Source: Mobula hypostoma (Eukaryota). Taken from it: 64,000 nt of DNA. Of this stretch, positions 25,215 to 36,099 are shown piece by piece. The stretch spans positions 63,426,001 through 63,490,000 of the forward strand of contig NC_086104.1 of assembly GCF_963921235.1 (NCBI RefSeq), in the 5' to 3' direction. How positions within the stretch are numbered: the stretch's first letter is position 1; every line of letters begins with the position of its first letter. The notes beneath the pieces were generated by a model. It did not search any database. It worked only from the letters and a program-made list of their open reading frames with translations, and was not told the origin of the DNA. A program made the position numbers and the translations under genes.

Positions 25215-25820
25215 TTTTTAAAAATCAAAATATACTTTATTCAAAATAAAATGATTTACAATAAACCATTCAATGACTCTGAATCCTTTACAGACATTAC
25301 CATTACATTCTATACATTTCCACACTTTCAGCCACCCACATGACACTCTGTTGGTTCATCTTTACCCACTATTGTTGAGGGGTATACTCCCCGCCACCCA
25401 ACCCCTCCCACTCATGCGGGAGAAGAACCCTAAACTGTAGTCCTTCCCACCCGGCCCTTGCAGTGGCTGCACCAAGTTTCAGTGCATCCCTCAGCACGTA
25501 CTCCTGCAGCCGGGAATGTGCCAGTCGGCAGCATTCTCCCACGGACATCTCCATGTGCTGGTAGATCATCAAGTTTCGGGCCGACCAAAGAGCATCTTTC
25601 ACCGAGTTGATGATTTGCCAGCAGCACCAGATGTTGGTCCCCATGTGCATCTCCGGGAACAGCCCGTAGATCAGAGAGTCCTCTGTTACGCAGCTGCTGG
25701 GGATGAAGCGTGACACTAGCCCTTCCATCCTCCTCCACACCTTCTTCACAAACTCACAGTGTGCAAAGAGGTGAGTCACTGACTCCTCCTCACTGCAGTC
25801 CTCCCGTGGGCAGCGAGATG
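25215..25820 (-). mobile_element. Tx1-clade LINE 3' end nested in the Tc1 element
   Basis: HLFAHCEFVKKVW...WQIINSVKDALWSARN (ORF2 C-terminus). aataaa and an A-rich tail on the minus strand. Confidence 0.8.
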
Positions 25821-25839
25821 TGATTCAACTGAACTTCTT

Positions 25840-26022
25840 AAGACCATAAGATATAGGAGAAGAAGTAGGCCATTTGGCCCATTGAGTCTGCTCCACCATT
25901 CAATCATGAGCTGATCCAATTCTTCCAGTCATCCTCACTCCCCTGCTTTCACCCCATACCCTTTGATGCCCTGGCTAATCAAGAACCTATCTATCTCTGC
26001 CTTAAATACACCCAATGACTTG
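25840..26022 (-). mobile_element. CR1 3'-end fragment nested in the Tc1 element
   Basis: Reverse complement of the CR1 3' tail (agaccataagatatagg...ggccatttggccc). Confidence 0.8.
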
Positions 26023-26751
26023 ACCAAGTATCCATGCTTTTATGCATTGAGTTGCCGTCATATGATTGGCTGATAAGATATTTGCAGGTGTACCTAATAA
26101 AATGGTCACTTAATGCATAACAGTGAACTGTTTCTGCAATATGCTTAACTCATGCTGTCCAAAAAAAACAATTTGTCACAATTTACTGATCAAAATGTGA
26201 TTGATACATTTCCAACTGTCCTCACACTAGATGAGTAGGGACCTTCTCCCCTATACAACACAAGTCAGAGCAGATGATTAATCAGCTAAATTCCTCTCTG
26301 CATTTAAGAGTAGGCTTTGTTCTCTCACTCTGCTGCCACATTATTTATGGTCCTGTTGCTATGGTAACAGTGGGCACCATGGAGATGAGCAAACAATGCT
26401 TCCAGTCCACAGGAAACAACTATTTTGTGCTTGAAGGGTGCTGATTATTGGGCCTTTGAAGCAGAGCAGCAGCCAAGAGTCTGATTTGCAAACTTAGGCC
26501 ATGAATTAAGTGAAGGTGAAGCAAGCCATCTAAGTGGCACTTAGCATAGGATGCCATAAATTCTCTGAAATTTTAGTTTCTTTCAGCCTCAAAGTTTAAA
26601 CATCTTAACTTCTTTTGGTAGAATTATGTGCAGAGGCATTCACCACTTAGACCAGTGGGAAGTAAGTGGGAACAAGAGGAGCACTATCATGTGTTTCTAC
26701 AACAAAGCACTAGCTAGTGATTCTTAATATTCTTGATGGTTGTCTTAATGG

Positions 26752-27316
26752 AATATGACCTTGGTCAGACCCCACTTGGAGTACTGTGCTCATTTCTGGT
26801 CACCTCACTACAGGAAGGATGTGGAAATCACAGAAAGGGTGCAGAGGAGACTCATAAGGATGTTGCCTGGATTGGGGAGCATGCCTTATGAGAATAGGTT
26901 GACTGAACTCGGCCTTTTTTTGTTGGAGCGACAGAGAATGAGAGGTGACCTGATAGGGGTGTATAAGATGATGAGAGGCATTGATCATATGGATAGTCGA
27001 GGCTTTTTCCCAGGGTTGAAATGGCTAGAACGGGAGGGCACAATTTTAAGGTGGTTGGAAGTAGGTACAGAGGGGATGTCAGGGGTAAGTTTTTTTAACG
27101 CAGAGAGTGGTGAGTGCATGGAACAGGTTACCAGTGACATTGGTGGAGGCGGATACGATAGGGTCTTTTAAGAGACTCCTGGATAGGTAAATGGAGCCTA
27201 GAAAAATAGAGGGCTATGGGTAACCCTAGGTAAATTTCTATGGTAAGGACCTGTTCGGCACAGCTTTGTGGGCCGAAGGGCCTGTATTGGGCTGTAGGTT
27301 TTCTATGTTTCTATGC
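26752..27316 (+). mobile_element. CR1 LINE 3' end
   Basis: TLVRPHLEYCAHFWSPHYRKD...RMRGDLI and the tail (tttctatg)2. Confidence 0.9.
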
Positions 27317-27589
27317 TATATCAGTTATATAAACAGAGACAAAAGAAATTCTGCAGATACTGGAGGAACTTGGCAGGTTAGGTAGCACCTACAGAGGGAA
27401 ATGAATGGTCGACACTTCAGGTGTATTGCTCAGTGATACAAGTGCCAGCTCCCAGATACCAGTCCATTCACAGCATACTGAGGATCTGCATAATGACACA
27501 CTACCGGATGGTATTATAGGCTGTGAGAGAGTGCAGCAGGCACTTCACAAACTCCAAATACATTACGTGAATAGGTTACGGAATATAAT

Positions 27590-28060
27590 GTTGAAAATAT
27601 GAATCATACATTGTGGGAGAAAATGCCAAAAGGTGGAGTTTCCTTTAGATAATTCACAGTTGAAAGGTGCTGGTGTTCACAGGGATTTGTGAAAACTTGA
27701 GCATGAAACCAACAAAAGCTAACATGTTGGTTTAGCAAGAAATTATCAAGGCAAATGTTGGTTTGGCTCTTATTCCAAAGGGGTTTAAGTAAAGATATCT
27801 TGCTCCAATTATACAGAGAGAGCTCCTTGAACAATGTGTACTGGGCTGATCTTCCCATTCAAGGAAAAACATATATTCAAAACAGGGAGTGCAGCAAAGG
27901 TTTGGCATATTCATTCCTGGAATGACAGTGGGTGGGGGAGAGGAATTGTCCTCTGAAGAGAGATTAAGTAGACTAAGCCTACACTCTCAAATTTACAAAT
28001 GAGAGGTGATCTCACTAAAGTGCACCAAATATTTGCAGGGCTTGACGATATAGATACAGC
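27590..28060 (+). mobile_element. Highly degenerate CR1 fragment
   Basis: Remnants such as gagaggtgatctcactaaag (RGDL) and ggcaaatgttggtttgg. Confidence 0.55.
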
Positions 28061-28062
28061 TA

Positions 28063-28900
28063 TCACAAATAAGAGAAAATCTGCAGATGCTGGAAATCCA
28101 AACAACACTCAACACACAATGCTGGAGGAACTCAGCAGGCCAGGCAGCATCTATGGAAAAGAGTACAGTTGATGTTTCAGGCTGAAACCCTCCATCAGGA
28201 CTAGAGAAAAAAAAGATGAGGAGTCAGAAAAGAAGATGGGGGGAGGGGAGGAAGAAACACAAGGTGATAGGTGAAGTCAGGAGGGGGTGGAGGGATGAAG
28301 TAAAGAGCTGGGAAGTTGATTGGTGAAAGAGATACAGGACTGGAGAAGGGGAAATCTGACAGGAGAGGACAGAAGGACATGGAAGAATAAAAAGGGGGCA
28401 GAGCACCAAAGGGAGGTGATGGGCAGGTAAGGAGATAAGGTGAGAGAGGGAAGTAGGAATGAGGAATGGTGAACAAAAGCAGGGGCAGGGCCATTACCAG
28501 AAGTCCGAGAAATTGATGTTCGTGCCATCAGATTGGAGGCTACCCAGAAGGAATATAAGGTGTTTCTCTTTCAACCTAAGCGTGACCTCCTCGCGACTGT
28601 AGAGAAGGCCATGGACTGACATGTCGGAATGGGAATGGGAAGTGGAATTATAATGGGTGGCCACTGGGAGATCCCACTTTTTCTGGTGGATGGAGCATAG
28701 GTGCTCGATGAAGTGGTCACCCAATCTACGCGGGTCTCATCAATATTCAGAAGCCACACCAGGAGCACCAGGAGCAGTATATGACCCCAACAGACTCACA
28801 GGTGAAGTGTCACCTCACCTGGAAGGACTGTTTGGAGCCCTGAATGGCAGTGAGGGATGAGGGGTAAGGGCAGGTGGAGCACTTGTTCCGCTTGCAAGAA
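28063..28900 (-). mobile_element. Penelope-like element, inverted arm (GIY-YIG end and terminal repeat)
   Basis: GDHFIEHLCSIH...PVATHYNSTSHSHSDM...RLKEKHLIFLLGSLQSDG. It is the reverse-complement counterpart of about 30115-30470. Confidence 0.85.
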
Positions 28901-28904
28901 TAAG

Positions 28905-30510
28905 AGCCCCAGGTGGAGCTCATCGACTTCATCAACTTTGCCTGCAAATTCCACCCTGCCCTCAAATTTACCTGGTCCATTTCCAACAACATCCTCCCCT
29001 TTCTCAATCTCTCTGCCTCTATCTCTGAAGGCAGCTTATCTACTGATGTCTACTATAAACTCACGGACTCTCACAGCTACCTGGACTATACCTCCTCCCA
29101 CCCTATTCCTTGTTAAAATGCCATCCCCCTTCTCTCAATTCCTCCATCTCCACTGCATCTACTCTCAGGAAGAGGCTTCTCATTACAGAATGAAGAAGAT
29201 GCCTTCCTTCTTCAAAGAAAGGGGCTTCCCTTCCTCCACCATTAACACTGCACATCTCTTCTATTTCATGCATGTCTGCCCTCACCCCATCCTCCTGCCA
29301 CTCCACCAGGGATAGAGTTCCTCTTGACCTCACCTACCACCCCAGCAGCCTCTGCGTCCAGCACATAATTCTCCGGAACTTCCGCCACCTCCCACAGATC
29401 CCACCACCAAGCACATCTTCCCCCACCCCAGCTTTCTGCTTTCCACGGAGATTGGTCCCATGTGACTCCCTTGTCCATTCATCCCTCACCACTGATTTCC
29501 CTCCTGGCAAGCGGAACAGGTGCATTTTAATATCCCAAGGACAGGACCTGTAAGGTGAGCGCATTTTCAGGGTTCCGGATTTTTGTGGCTTTGGATTCTA
29601 GGCTGGTGCCCCTGACTGAAACATCCTGGGAGAACACGGAGTATTGGGAGCAGCGGGTTATCTGCTGGGGGTTGTGCGTCCGGAGAGCTGTGCCTTTTTA
29701 GTGCCGACTCTCTGGGCGCAGAGCTTGGTAAAAGCAAAGCAACAGACTTTTAACATCATAAATCAGCAGTGAAATGGGGACACCCCTTTTTCACTTATTA
29801 GAGAGAGAGCCTGCAGTATGTTGAATTACAAGTAGTCTTTGGGGTATTGCAATTCTGTGTCTTTATTGATACTTGCTGCACGCTTGAGTGCTCGGTGGTG
29901 GGTGCTGATGCTTTTTTTGCTGCTAGGGGTGGAGTGGGGTCGTTGCCTTGCTGCTGTTCGTGTGTGTGGGGGAGCTTGGGGGGGGTTGGGGTTCTATGTT
30001 TAACTGTCATTCATTTTTTGGGACACTCCTCTGTTTTCGTGGATGTTTGCAAAGAAAAAGTATTTCAGGATGTATATTGTATACATTTCTCTGACATTAA
30101 ATGTACCTATTGAAACCTACCCCTATACCTCCTCCCTCACTACCATTCAGGGCCCCAAACTGTCCTCCAGGTGAGGTGACACTTCACCTGTGAGTCTGTT
30201 GGTGCTGTATTTGATGCTCCCGGTGTCGCCTCCTGTATATCAGTGAGAATTGATGTAGATTGAGAGACTGCCTCACCAAGCACTTAGTGGCATCTCCCAC
30301 TGGCCACCCATTTTAATTTCGCTTCCCATTCTGACATGTCAGTCCATGGCCTCCTCTACTAAGGTGAGGAGGCCACACTCAGGTTGAAGGAACAACACCT
30401 TATATACCGTCTGGGTAGCCTCCAAACTGATGGCATGAACATCAATTTTTTGAACTTACATTAATGCCCCACTCCCCCCCACCCCGCTCTCCTTCACCAT
30501 TCCTCATTCC
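28905..30510 (+). mobile_element. Penelope-like element (RT end, linker, GIY-YIG), interrupted at about 29524-30115
   Basis: FINFACKFHPALKFTW...LPFLNL...STDVYYKLTDSHSYLDYTSSHP (Penelope RT thumb). GIY-YIG remnant after 30115. Confidence 0.85.
29524..30115 (+). mobile_element. Unclassified non-coding retroposon of about 590 bp inserted in the Penelope element
   Basis: Interrupts the Penelope sequence between ...gcggaacaggtgc and acctacccctatacc. Ends ctctgacattaaatgtacctattgaa. Confidence 0.6.
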
Positions 30511-31057
30511 CTTATCTGTAGTGTAAGAGACCAAGTGTAGGAGACCAAGAGGAGAACCAAATAGAGGTGGGTAACATCATGAAGAAAATACTGCAGATAA
30601 GTGGAATATTCACTTTCTTCCAGTGAAAGTGAATCTCACACCAAATGCCATAGGTTTAAGGAGCCAGATTATTGAAGGAGGAGTTAGGTATTGCAGTTAG
30701 GGATAGAGAAAGTGAAGAATATGAGAAAATACTGGAACAGAATATGAAAATTGGGTGATCAACCATGATCGTACTAAATGGCCAAGCACTCTCAAATGGA
30801 CTATAACTTCTGATTTCTAGGTTTATATCAACATGAGAATATAGAACAGAGGTAGAGAATTTCAAAATATCTCTGTGCATTTTGAAGAAACATGATTGCC
30901 CTTAATTTGTAAGCTTCAATTCAAACGTTATATGCTATAAAGAGTTTGCTTAACAAGAATTCCATAATGATACACTACACATACAAGTATGGCAACATGC
31001 CAAATTACATTTGTGTATGCAATCTGATGAGACACAAACAATTTGGTTCAGACTGAG

Positions 31058-31239
31058 TAACACATACAGAATGCTGGAGGAACTCAGCAGGTCAGGCAGC
31101 ATCAATGGATAAACTTTTGATGTCTCAGTCTGAAACGTTAACTGTTTATTTCTTTCCATAGATGCTGACTGACCCGCTGAGTTCCTCCAGCAGTTTGTGT
31201 GCGTTACACTGGATTTCCGGCAGCTGCAGAGACTCCTGT
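31058..31239. mobile_element. Fold-back Penelope terminal-repeat insertion with a degenerate 17-bp TSD
   Basis: Arms tgctggaggaactcagcaggtcaggcagcatc and gatgctgactgacccgctgagttcctccagca. Flanks atttggttcagactgag (31041-31057) and atttgattcaggctgag (31240-31256). Confidence 0.75.
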
Positions 31240-31280
31240 ATTTGATTCAGGCTGAGGTTTGTTGGGGATGAAAAGATGTC

Positions 31281-31594
31281 AGGTCACGGCAGCGTTGTGG
31301 TTAGCATGGCACAATCCCAGCTCAGGGTGTTCGGGGTTCAGAGTTCAATTCCAGCGCCATCAGTAAGGAGCTTGTATGTTCTCCCCGTGACTGCTTGTGT
31401 TTCCTCCAGGTGTCCTGGTTTCCTCCCACGGTCCAAAGACATACCGGTTAGTAGGTTATTTGTAGGTCATTGTAAATTGTCCTGTGATTAAGCTATTGTT
31501 AAATAGGTGCGTTGCTGGGCGATGCAGCTCGTTGGACTGGAAGGGCCTGTACCATTCTAGATCTCTAAATAAGTACGCAAATAAATAAATAAAA
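31281..31594 (+). mobile_element. V-SINE-type element
   Basis: B-box-like gagttcaattcc, V-core gtttcctccaggtgtcctggtttcctcccacggtccaaagac, and a (taaa)n tail. Confidence 0.8.
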
Positions 31595-32121
31595 CCAATT
31601 CATTAGTGGGATTGAATTTATTAGGTGGGAGTGTATTAGGAGGAGGCTAATGTCCATTTGGGTCTAGCACACAGAACTGAACTGGGAAGTTCCTTCACTC
31701 TACAGAGAAAATTGCCTTAACTAAGTGTTCTTGGATAAAAGAAGACACTTGAATGCATTAATACAAGTATTTCTCCATTCTTTCCTCTCTTCTGACATCT
31801 TTTATTTCAAAAAATACAAAGCAATTTGTAAACAGAGAAGTTCTAATTATTTCAGCAAAAGTGTCCAGCTGATGTTTATATACTTGCAAGCCAGCCAAAC
31901 AGTTTCTGTTCTATTTGAGAAGTTTATAATGAAAATGAGATTGTGGGTTCTACCTGCTTCTTGAGCTGAGGTGGGAGATATGCATCCAGGAGAGAAGGCA
32001 GGCTGCTCTTCATGTGTGTACACATTGTAGCTGAAGGACAGCTGCAAGTAAAGAAACAGAATTAATCAGTGATGACTACAAGACTTTAATCAGCGATATG
32101 ACTGAGCACTGACAGGTCTTC

Positions 32122-33414
32122 CAAAGATTCAAAGGTTCATTTTATTATTGAAGTAAGTATGCAGAATACAACTCTGACATTTGTCTTCTCCAGATAGCCA
32201 TAAAGTACAGAAAACCATAGAAGTAGTTGAAAGAAAGACATCAACCCCACCGCACGTGAAAAAACCCTCATAAACCCCAAACATCCCAACCCCTCCCTCA
32301 TACAAAAACTAACAGATCACCCACATGGAGAAACAACAAGAGCATGAAACCATAAAACCCCAACCTGTCATTCGGCAATCAGAAAGAATGGGCAAAAACA
32401 CACAAAAAAAACTTGGAACTGAAAGAGGCTGATAGGAACTACAGTTAGTTTGAACTACAGTCCAATCTATAAATCTCAGAATTTCAATAACATCTCCAAG
32501 AGAATCGGACCCAACAGCCCCTCCCAGGACAGCGACTTGAACCAGCGGCCCCCTCTGAGGGAGGAAACTCAAACCAGCGGTCCCCCTCCCAGGGCAGTGA
32601 CTCGAACCAGTGGCCCCCCCTCCCAGGGCAGTGACTCGAGCCAGTGGCCCCCCTCCCAGGGCAGTGACTCGAACTAGTGGCCCCCCCTCCGAGGGCAGTG
32701 ACTTGAACCAGCGGCCCCCCCTCCCAGGGCAGTGACTCAAACCAGCGGCCCCCCTTCCCAGGGCAGTGACTCGGACCAGCGGCCCCCCTTCCCAGGGCAG
32801 TGACCTGAACCAGTGGCCGCCTCTGAGGGAAGCAACTTGAGCCAACAGCCCCCTCCGAGGGAAGTGACTTGAGCCAACGGCCCCCTCCGAGGGAAGTGAC
32901 TTGAGCCAACGGCCCCCTCCGAGGGAAGTGACTTGAGCCAACGGCCCTCTCCGAGGGAAGTGACTTGAACCAACAGCCCCCTCCGAGGCAAGTGACTTGA
33001 ACCAACGTTCCCCTCCAAAGGAAGTGACTTGAACCAACATCCCCTCCAAAAGAAGTGACTTGAACCCAGCCGCTTCTCTGAGAACGGTTCGCTCACCTCT
33101 GCATTAGCTTCAATGTTTCAACCTTCCTCGACACTTTAAGCGGATAGAGATGTAGTCTCGTGGCCCCTTGTCTCATCTCTGAGCTTCTCCACGTGGTAAC
33201 TTGTGCTTGCATTTCTGTTCTGGAGTTTTCGCGGGGACAGCAGACTACTAGCTCACTCAATCAAGCATCACACATTTAAGTCAGTCTCCAATTTCACAAA
33301 CAGAATTAAGATAAAAAGAATATGTAGAGATGTAGGAAAATTGAAATGATCGAATATCTGGAAGATGTCACCCGAGGAGTCATTGTTCGCTGGTGCCATC
33401 TTGACTGGAAGAGT
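32122..33414 (-). mobile_element. Non-coding retroposon of about 1.3 kb with an internal minisatellite
   Basis: Minus-strand 5' end cttccagtcaagatggcac (YY1-like, LINE 5'-UTR style). 3' end aataaaatgaacctttgaatctttg. Confidence 0.55.
32505..33070. repeat. GC-rich minisatellite, about 17 units of 32-34 bp
   Basis: Units cagtgactYgaaccagYggccccc(c)tcccaggg change to aagtgacttgagccaacggccccctccgaggg. Confidence 0.95.
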
Positions 33415-33587
33415 CAAGATTTTTCAGTGATCTCCTGGAGAGTTTCACTGCAGGCAAAGCCCTGATCAGGCTTGATGGATTTGAGAAGTTTCCAGGGGTT
33501 TTTCACATTTTAAAATGTCTGACATACAGAGAAGATTAAATTTTAAACTTTAAAATAGAATTAAAAAACTCCATAACGAGAAAAAAA

Positions 33588-34130
33588 CACAAACAGGAGA
33601 TTCTCCAAATGCTGGAAATCCAGAGCACATACATAAAATACTGAAGGAACTCAGCAGGTCAGGCAGCATCTCTGGAGAGGACAGGAAAGGAAGGGTGAAG
33701 AAGACAGAATAAGAAGATGGGGGAGTGGAGGAGTACAAGATGACAGATGATCAGTGAAACCATGTTGGGTGGGGGGAAATGAAGAGAGAAGCTGAGAGAT
33801 AATAGGTGGAAAATGTCAAGGGCTAAGGCGGAAGGAATCTGATGGGGGAGGAGAATGGAGCATGGGACAACGGGAGGGAGGAGGGGCACGAGAGGGAGGT
33901 GACAGGCAGGTGAGAAGGGGTAAGAGGGGAGTCAAATTGGGAACGGAAACAGAGAAGAGTGGGGAGGGAGAAATTACTAAAAGTTAGAGAAATCAATGTT
34001 CGTGCCATCAGGTTGGAGGCCACCCCGACAGAATATCAGGCGTTTCTCCTCCAACCTGAGAGTGGCCTCATTTTGGCAGCACAGGGGATCACGGACAGCC
34101 ATTTTGGAATAGGAAGTAGAACTAAAATGG
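33588..34130 (-). mobile_element. Penelope-like element 3' fragment
   Basis: Similar to 28063-28600 (tgctggaaatcc, aactcagcaggtcaggcagcatc, gttcgtgccatcaggttggaggc). Confidence 0.8.
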
Positions 34131-34569
34131 TATAGTATTATGGTCAGGAGAAATCTGTGGGAAAAGAAACAGGTGATATTTCAGATATAAGATACTTCAT
34201 CATAACTGGGAAAAAGTTTGATAAAGGGTGCTCCATTTGAAACATGCTGTTTCTCTTTCCAAACCCGACCTGATTATACCATTTCCAGCATTGCATGCTT
34301 TTGATTTCACTGCTGTCATTGCCTAATAACCAAGATGAAAAGCTTTCATATCTGATCAATATCTTTCATATCTGTTTACAAACTGTGAGTTCAGTCAGAG
34401 CTTCCAGCAATGTTCCACTGTTGACTGATAAACAGAAAATATGCAAAATTTTACTTCCTAGAACAGGAACTTTCTTCTGGCCCTGATATTCAGCTGGTTG
34501 GATATGTACCTTTGTTAAGGAAATTAACCTGGTGACGCTGTGATCTCTGTCTCGGAGGCCAACGTCAGG

Positions 34570-36090
34570 CTGTCCCTCAAGAAGTTGAACCCTTGCAAGG
34601 TGATAGGCCTGATGGAATACCTGGTAAGGCTCTGAAAACCTGGGCCAACCATCCGGCGGGAGTGTTCAAAGACAGTTTCAATCTCTCATTGCTACAGTTG
34701 GAAGTTTCCAACTGCTTCAAAAGGGTAACAATTATACCAGTGCCCAAGAGCAGGGTGAGCTGCCTTAACAATGATCATATAGTAGCCCTCACATCTATGG
34801 TGGTGAAATGCTTTACAAGGTTAGTTATGGCTAGAATCAATTCCTTCCTCAGTAAGGACCTGGACCCCCTGCAATTTGCCTATTCCCACAATAGGTCTAT
34901 AGCAAACACAATCTCATTGGCTCTTCACATAGCCTTGGATCACCTAGACAATACTAACACCTATGTCACTATAGCTCAGCATTTCATGCCATCGTTCCTG
35001 CAGTTCTGATCGAAAAGCTCCAGAACCTGGGTGTTGGTGCCTCTCTCTGCATCTGGATCCTTGACTTCCTAACTGGAAGACCACAATCTGTGTGGATTGG
35101 AAATAACATCTGCACCTCGCAGACAATCAACACTGGCACACAGCAAGGATGTGTGCTTAGCCTACTGCTCCACTCTCTCTATACCCACGACTGTGTGGGT
35201 AGGCACAGCTCAAATACCATCTATAAATTTGCTGACAATGCAAACATTGTTAGCAGAATCTCAGATGGTGAGGAGAGGGCGTACAGGAGCGAGATATATC
35301 AGCTAGTTGAGTGGTGTCGCAGCAACAAACTTGCACTCAATGTCAGTAAGACCAAAGAAATGATTGTGGACTTCGGAAAGGCTAAGACAAGGGAACACAC
35401 AGCAGTCCTCATTGAGGGATTAGAAGTGGAGAGAGTGAGCAATTTCAAATTCCTGGGTGTCAATACCTCTGAGGACCTAACCTGGTCCCAACATACCAAT
35501 GAGACCATAACGAAGGCAAGGCAGCAGCTATATTTAATTAGGAGTTTGTGGAGTTTTAGTATGACACCAAATACACTCTCAAGTTTCTTCAGATGTACCA
35601 TTCTAACTGGCAGCATCACTGTCTGGTAAGGTGGTGGGGGGGTGGTGGTGGTGGTGGTGGCTACTGCACAGGATCTAAGTAAGCTGCAGAGTTGTAGAAT
35701 TAGTCAGCTCCATCATGGGCACTAGCCTCCGTAGTATCTATGCCAGCTTCAAGGAGTGGTGCCTCAAAAAGGCGGCACCCATCATAAAGGATCCCATCAC
35801 TCAGGACATGCCCTGTTCGCATTGCTACCACGGAGTTGCAGAAGCCTGAAAGCACACACTCAACGATTCAGGAACAGTTTCTTCCCCTCTGCCATCCGAT
35901 TTCAGAATGGACATTGAACCTGTGAACAGTACGTCACTACTTTTTTATTAATTTTTGCACTACTTGTTTAATTTAACTCTAATTCACGGTTTTTTCTCTC
36001 TATATTGTTACGTATTGCATTGTGTGGGGGCCGCAAAGTTAACAAATTTCAGGACATATGCCAGCGATATTAAACCTGATTCTGATTCAG
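34570..36090 (+). mobile_element. Rex1/Babar LINE, 5'-truncated and degenerate
   Basis: PDGIPGKALK...TIIPVPK...VALTS...LDPLQFAY and QGCVLSLLL...KFADN. Tail attaaacctgattctgattc. Confidence 0.9.
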
Positions 36091-36099
36091 ACACTGACG

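Larger units (their letters stand above)
24778..26115 (-). mobile_element. Non-autonomous Tc1/mariner element carrying two nested LINE fragments
   Basis: TIRs cactccgtggccactttatt...tacc and ggtgtacctaataaaatggtcacttaatg, with TA on the left flank. Transposase N-terminal HTH remnant MGKKCDLSDFDHGIIVGARQGGFSISE lies within ORF 24947-25228. Confidence 0.8.

Noticed and set aside
32505-33070. CRISPR-like periodicity of about 33 bp
   Set aside because: Units are contiguous tandem repeats with no unique spacers, there are no cas genes, and the context is eukaryotic.
32309-33096. Long minus-strand ORFs (246, 173 and 119 aa)
   Set aside because: They are translations of the GC-rich minisatellite, with no domain signal.
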